A stretch of DNA of 64,000 nt. It comes from an uncultured cyanobacterium (lineage in GTDB: Bacteria > Cyanobacteriota > Cyanobacteriia > CAKZMO01). The notes beneath the pieces were generated by a model. It saw only the letters and a list, made by a program, of their open reading frames with translations. It ran no database searches and was not told the origin of the DNA. Below, in pieces: positions 61,190-64,000 of this stretch; position 1 is the first letter of the stretch; each line of letters starts with the position of its first letter. Location of the stretch: contig CAVRCJ010000020.1 of NCBI GenBank assembly GCA_963719515.1, positions 1 to 64,000 of the forward strand, in the 5' to 3' direction. The translations under genes and the position numbers were made by a program.

Positions 61190-62363
61190 TAATAGCTGGA
61201 ACGTGATTAAGGACATCTTCTTTGAGGCTCTACTCGTGCCGCTGCAGCTGGCTCCCACGCTGGTGCGGCACAAGGCGGTGCAAAACTATAGTCGGGGGGT
61301 AGAGCGACATTCACCTGACGAAATATTCGAGCTAGGCTGTGAGAATATTCGAGCGGTTTTTGAGAACCTGGTAGCGTACTGCGATCGCAGGCATGACCGC
61401 GACTGGGCCAATGTCCCAGTTCCCGACCCCAAAGCTCTAGACAACTGCCCCGAGGTCCAAGACGTTCACGCTCATCGCGGCGTGCTGCAAGATCGGCTGT
61501 GGGCCAAAGCGGCATCGGATATCGCTAGCGATCGCCAGCGAATTGAAGCGGCCTATGCCAAACACCAGACGGGAAAAGGAAGCCTAGCGCTAAACCCCAA
61601 TTTGGCTATTCCCACGCACCAGCTCAAACGCAACATTCACCGGATGCCGGGCGGCTACCTGCAGCATTCTGAAGCCGACAGCTTCATCCCAGGCTTGGTC
61701 TATGACCACGGTACGTTTCTATACGGACGGGGATGGTTCGGCCCACTGAATGACGAACTGGGTCAGACCGTAGTCCACCACTTAAAGCAGCACTACCCCA
61801 GTTTTCAGCCTAGTAAAATCCTGGATTTGGGCTGCTCTGTAGGTCACAGCACGCTGCCCTATGTCTCTGTCTATTCGCGAGCCGAGGTCTGGGGCATAGA
61901 CTTGGCCGCATCGCTATTGAAACATGCGATCGCCCGAGCCCGATTGCTCGACAAAGCCGTCCACTTTGCACAGCACAATGCTGAGCAGACAGAGTTTCCG
62001 GACCAGTCGTTTGATTTGGTGGTCAGCCACATTCTCCTGCACGAAATTCCCGGTCCGGCACGGCGGCGCGTGTTTGCCGAGAGCTACCGGCTGCTGAAGC
62101 CTGGCGGCATGATGATGCACCTAGAGAGTCAGCTCTTCCTGGAAGCACCGACATTGATCGCCCGCTACTTCCGCGATACCGAGGTCTGGGCCAATTCAGA
62201 GCCCTACCTAGCATCGTCAAAGTTTGAGGATTTTTCCACCTTTGCGCTAGAGGCGGGGTTCGCCCCAGCTGCGTTTCAGGTGCGCCGCTTGCCAGGATAC
62301 TACGCGGCTCAAGCGGGCGACGACGCGGCTAGGTGGGTCACCTTCTGCGGCGAGAAGCGCTAG
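61182..62363 (+). CDS. Class I SAM-dependent methyltransferase
   Basis: HRMPGGY, ILDLGCSVGHST, FDLVVSHILLHE, RLLKPGG. Confidence 0.88.
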   Translation: MVDNSWNVIKDIFFEALLVPLQLAPTLVRHKAVQNYSRGVERHSPDEIFELGCENIRAVFENLVAYCDRRHDRDWANVPVPDPKALDNCPEVQDVHAHRGVLQDRLWAKAASDIASDRQRIEAAYAKHQTGKGSLALNPNLAIPTHQLKRNIHRMPGGYLQHSEADSFIPGLVYDHGTFLYGRGWFGPLNDELGQTVVHHLKQHYPSFQPSKILDLGCSVGHSTLPYVSVYSRAEVWGIDLAASLLKHAIARARLLDKAVHFAQHNAEQTEFPDQSFDLVVSHILLHEIPGPARRRVFAESYRLLKPGGMMMHLESQLFLEAPTLIARYFRDTEVWANSEPYLASSKFEDFSTFALEAGFAPAAFQVRRLPGYYAAQAGDDAARWVTFCGEKR

Positions 62364-62701
62364 ACAATAGATAGGACGCAGCGAGAGGACTGGCCCGCCA
62401 TAAAAGAGGGACCCATAGACCAAGCCGATTTCCCGCGCGGCCCATCGGTTCGGTACGGACTAGTCTCACTTCACTCGCGCGTTTAAGCAGGCAAGAGGTA
62501 CGACGCCAAGACAGTTTGTCATCGGGCAGTAGGCTATTTCTTCCTGTAGAGCATCAAGGCACGATCGCGAGTAAGGCTTTTAGGCGATGCTCACCGCATT
62601 TAGAATCCTTCTCAAGAGAGGCGTGATTACGAATCGTACGCTGCTACGGTTAGACCTAATCTTCTCAAACTCACCCCTAAGACTGGGACGGAATCGACCT
62701 A

Positions 62702-64000
62702 GTGAAACTCCAGACAAAGATACTAGCAAGCTACGGTGTGGGGCTGACGCTGATTGTGTTGGTTGGCCTGTGGGGTATCGTCAACCTGTGGCGATTGGGT
62801 CGGGCTAGCGGCGCAATCCTGACGGAGAACTACCGCAGCATTCGGGCGGCAGAGGGGATGCTCGACTCCCTGGAGCGGCAGGATAGCGCGACGCTACTGC
62901 TGCTGCTGGAGGATGCGCAGGCGGGAACGCGGCTGTTTCAGGACAATGAAATTGAGTTTTTGCAGTGGCTTGGCCGCGCCAAGGACAACATCACCATCGA
63001 GGGTGAGGCGGAGATCCTGGCGGAGCTGGAGGCCAGCTACCGCGACTACCTTCTAGAGGTGGACCAGCTTCAGACCCAGCTTGGCGACCCTAATCCTCCT
63101 TTCGGGCTCTACCAAACCGAGGTACAGCCGGATTTCCAGGCCGTGCGGCAGGCCTCTGTAGAGCTGCGTAACCTCAACCAGCAGACCATGGAAGCTGCCT
63201 CTGATTCTGCGCAGGTCACGTCCCAGCGGGCGATCGCCTCGATGGTGGTGGCCGGAAGCTCCGCCGCCGCCCTCGGGCTGGTGCTGAGCCTAATTTTGTC
63301 CAAAGCCTTCACCCGTCCGCTAGAGCAGATGACTCAGGCCACCGAGCAGCTCGCCGAGGGAGACTACGACCTGCAGCTCACCGTCAACTCTCGCGACGAG
63401 CTCGGCCAGCTCGCCCGGGATTTTATGGCCATGAGCCGCAAGCTCAAGGGATTCCACGAGCTGAATGTGGACCAGATTGTGGCGGAGAAGCGCCGCAGCG
63501 AGGCCATTGTCCACAGCCTTACCGACGGCCTAGTCTTGTTTGATAGCGAATACCGCATTCTCGCCATCAACCCCACAGCGGCCCGACTGTTTCAGGCAAC
63601 TCCCACTACCGCAATAGGGCAGCACTGCCTCGATTTGATTGGCGACGCCCACTCTGGGGAAGGTCGGCCTGCTCTCGAAGGGCACCGCGAGCTCTACGCG
63701 CAGATTCAGACGACGGTAGCTGGCGCTGCCTCCGACGGGCCTGCCGAGTCCGCGATCGCCCCCACCAGCGAGCCTAACTGCGACAACCTGCTCACGATTG
63801 CGGGAGATCCTCCCCAGTACTACCGCTACTCCACGACGCCGATAAAAACCGAGCCGGGCAGGCTTGTCGGAGTGGTCCTACTGCTGCAGAATATTACCAC
63901 CCTCAAAAACCTAGATCAGCTCAAAAGCCAGTTTGTGATGACGGCTTCCCACGAGCTGCGCACCCCCCTCACCGGCATGGCAATGAGCATTGGCCTACTG
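62702..64000 (+). CDS. Sensor histidine kinase (four-helix periplasmic domain, HAMP, PAS-like, HisKA), truncated by the window end
   Basis: GTG start gives MKLQTKILASYG..TM..ILTENYRSI..LERQDS; second TM, HAMP, and ASHELRTPLTG at the window edge; absent from the ORF track. Confidence 0.88.
   Translation, partial: MKLQTKILASYGVGLTLIVLVGLWGIVNLWRLGRASGAILTENYRSIRAAEGMLDSLERQDSATLLLLLEDAQAGTRLFQDNEIEFLQWLGRAKDNITIEGEAEILAELEASYRDYLLEVDQLQTQLGDPNPPFGLYQTEVQPDFQAVRQASVELRNLNQQTMEAASDSAQVTSQRAIASMVVAGSSAAALGLVLSLILSKAFTRPLEQMTQATEQLAEGDYDLQLTVNSRDELGQLARDFMAMSRKLKGFHELNVDQIVAEKRRSEAIVHSLTDGLVLFDSEYRILAINPTAARLFQATPTTAIGQHCLDLIGDAHSGEGRPALEGHRELYAQIQTTVAGAASDGPAESAIAPTSEPNCDNLLTIAGDPPQYYRYSTTPIKTEPGRLVGVVLLLQNITTLKNLDQLKSQFVMTASHELRTPLTGMAMSIGLL

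Larger units (their letters stand above)
1..64000. repeat. HIP1 octamer GCGATCGC dispersed across the window
   Basis: Dozens of copies, e.g. 881, 3133, 6161, 36855, 63231; hallmark of cyanobacterial genomes. Confidence 0.95.

Noticed and set aside
1..64000. Numerous 60-170 aa ORFs antisense to or overlapping recognised genes (e.g. 1399-1911, 20672-21178, 55049-55549)
   Set aside because: These are shadow ORFs expected at high GC and carry no recognisable motifs.

Overview
This is a chromosomal segment of a cyanobacterium, shown by the abundant HIP1 octamer GCGATCGC and by psaD, psb28-2 and cpcT. Most of it is housekeeping: uvrC, ilvN, ktrA/ktrB, glyA, cinA, aroQ, rre1/ycf29, cobS, trpE, ppc, pcrA, queE/queC, malic enzyme and tRNA-Glu(TTC). 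Six items stand out. (1) An AT-rich two-gene cassette after uvrC encodes an HsdR_N-type PD-(D/E)xK nuclease fused to a ParA ATPase, plus a partner with a ParB-like fold lacking the CTP-binding arginine patch, a coiled coil and a ComEA-like HhH tail. This is my best candidate for an undescribed system. (2) A translationally coupled IrrE/ImmA metallopeptidase + 2-TM pair resembles toxin-antitoxin or defence modules. (3) A TnpB-only IS200/IS605 element has flanks from different loci: the right flank is the decapitated 3' half of rarA. (4) ppc and a heme peroxidase each carry a single-base frameshift, and there is an exact 100-bp tandem duplication; all three may be assembly artefacts. (5) A MocR regulator faces a divergent small gene across a clear palindromic operator. 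(6) There are GTAG-type REP palindromes, short promoter repeats, a possible structured RNA and a 43-aa ORF missed by the ORF track. Family assignments come from motif recognition by eye; no searches were run.
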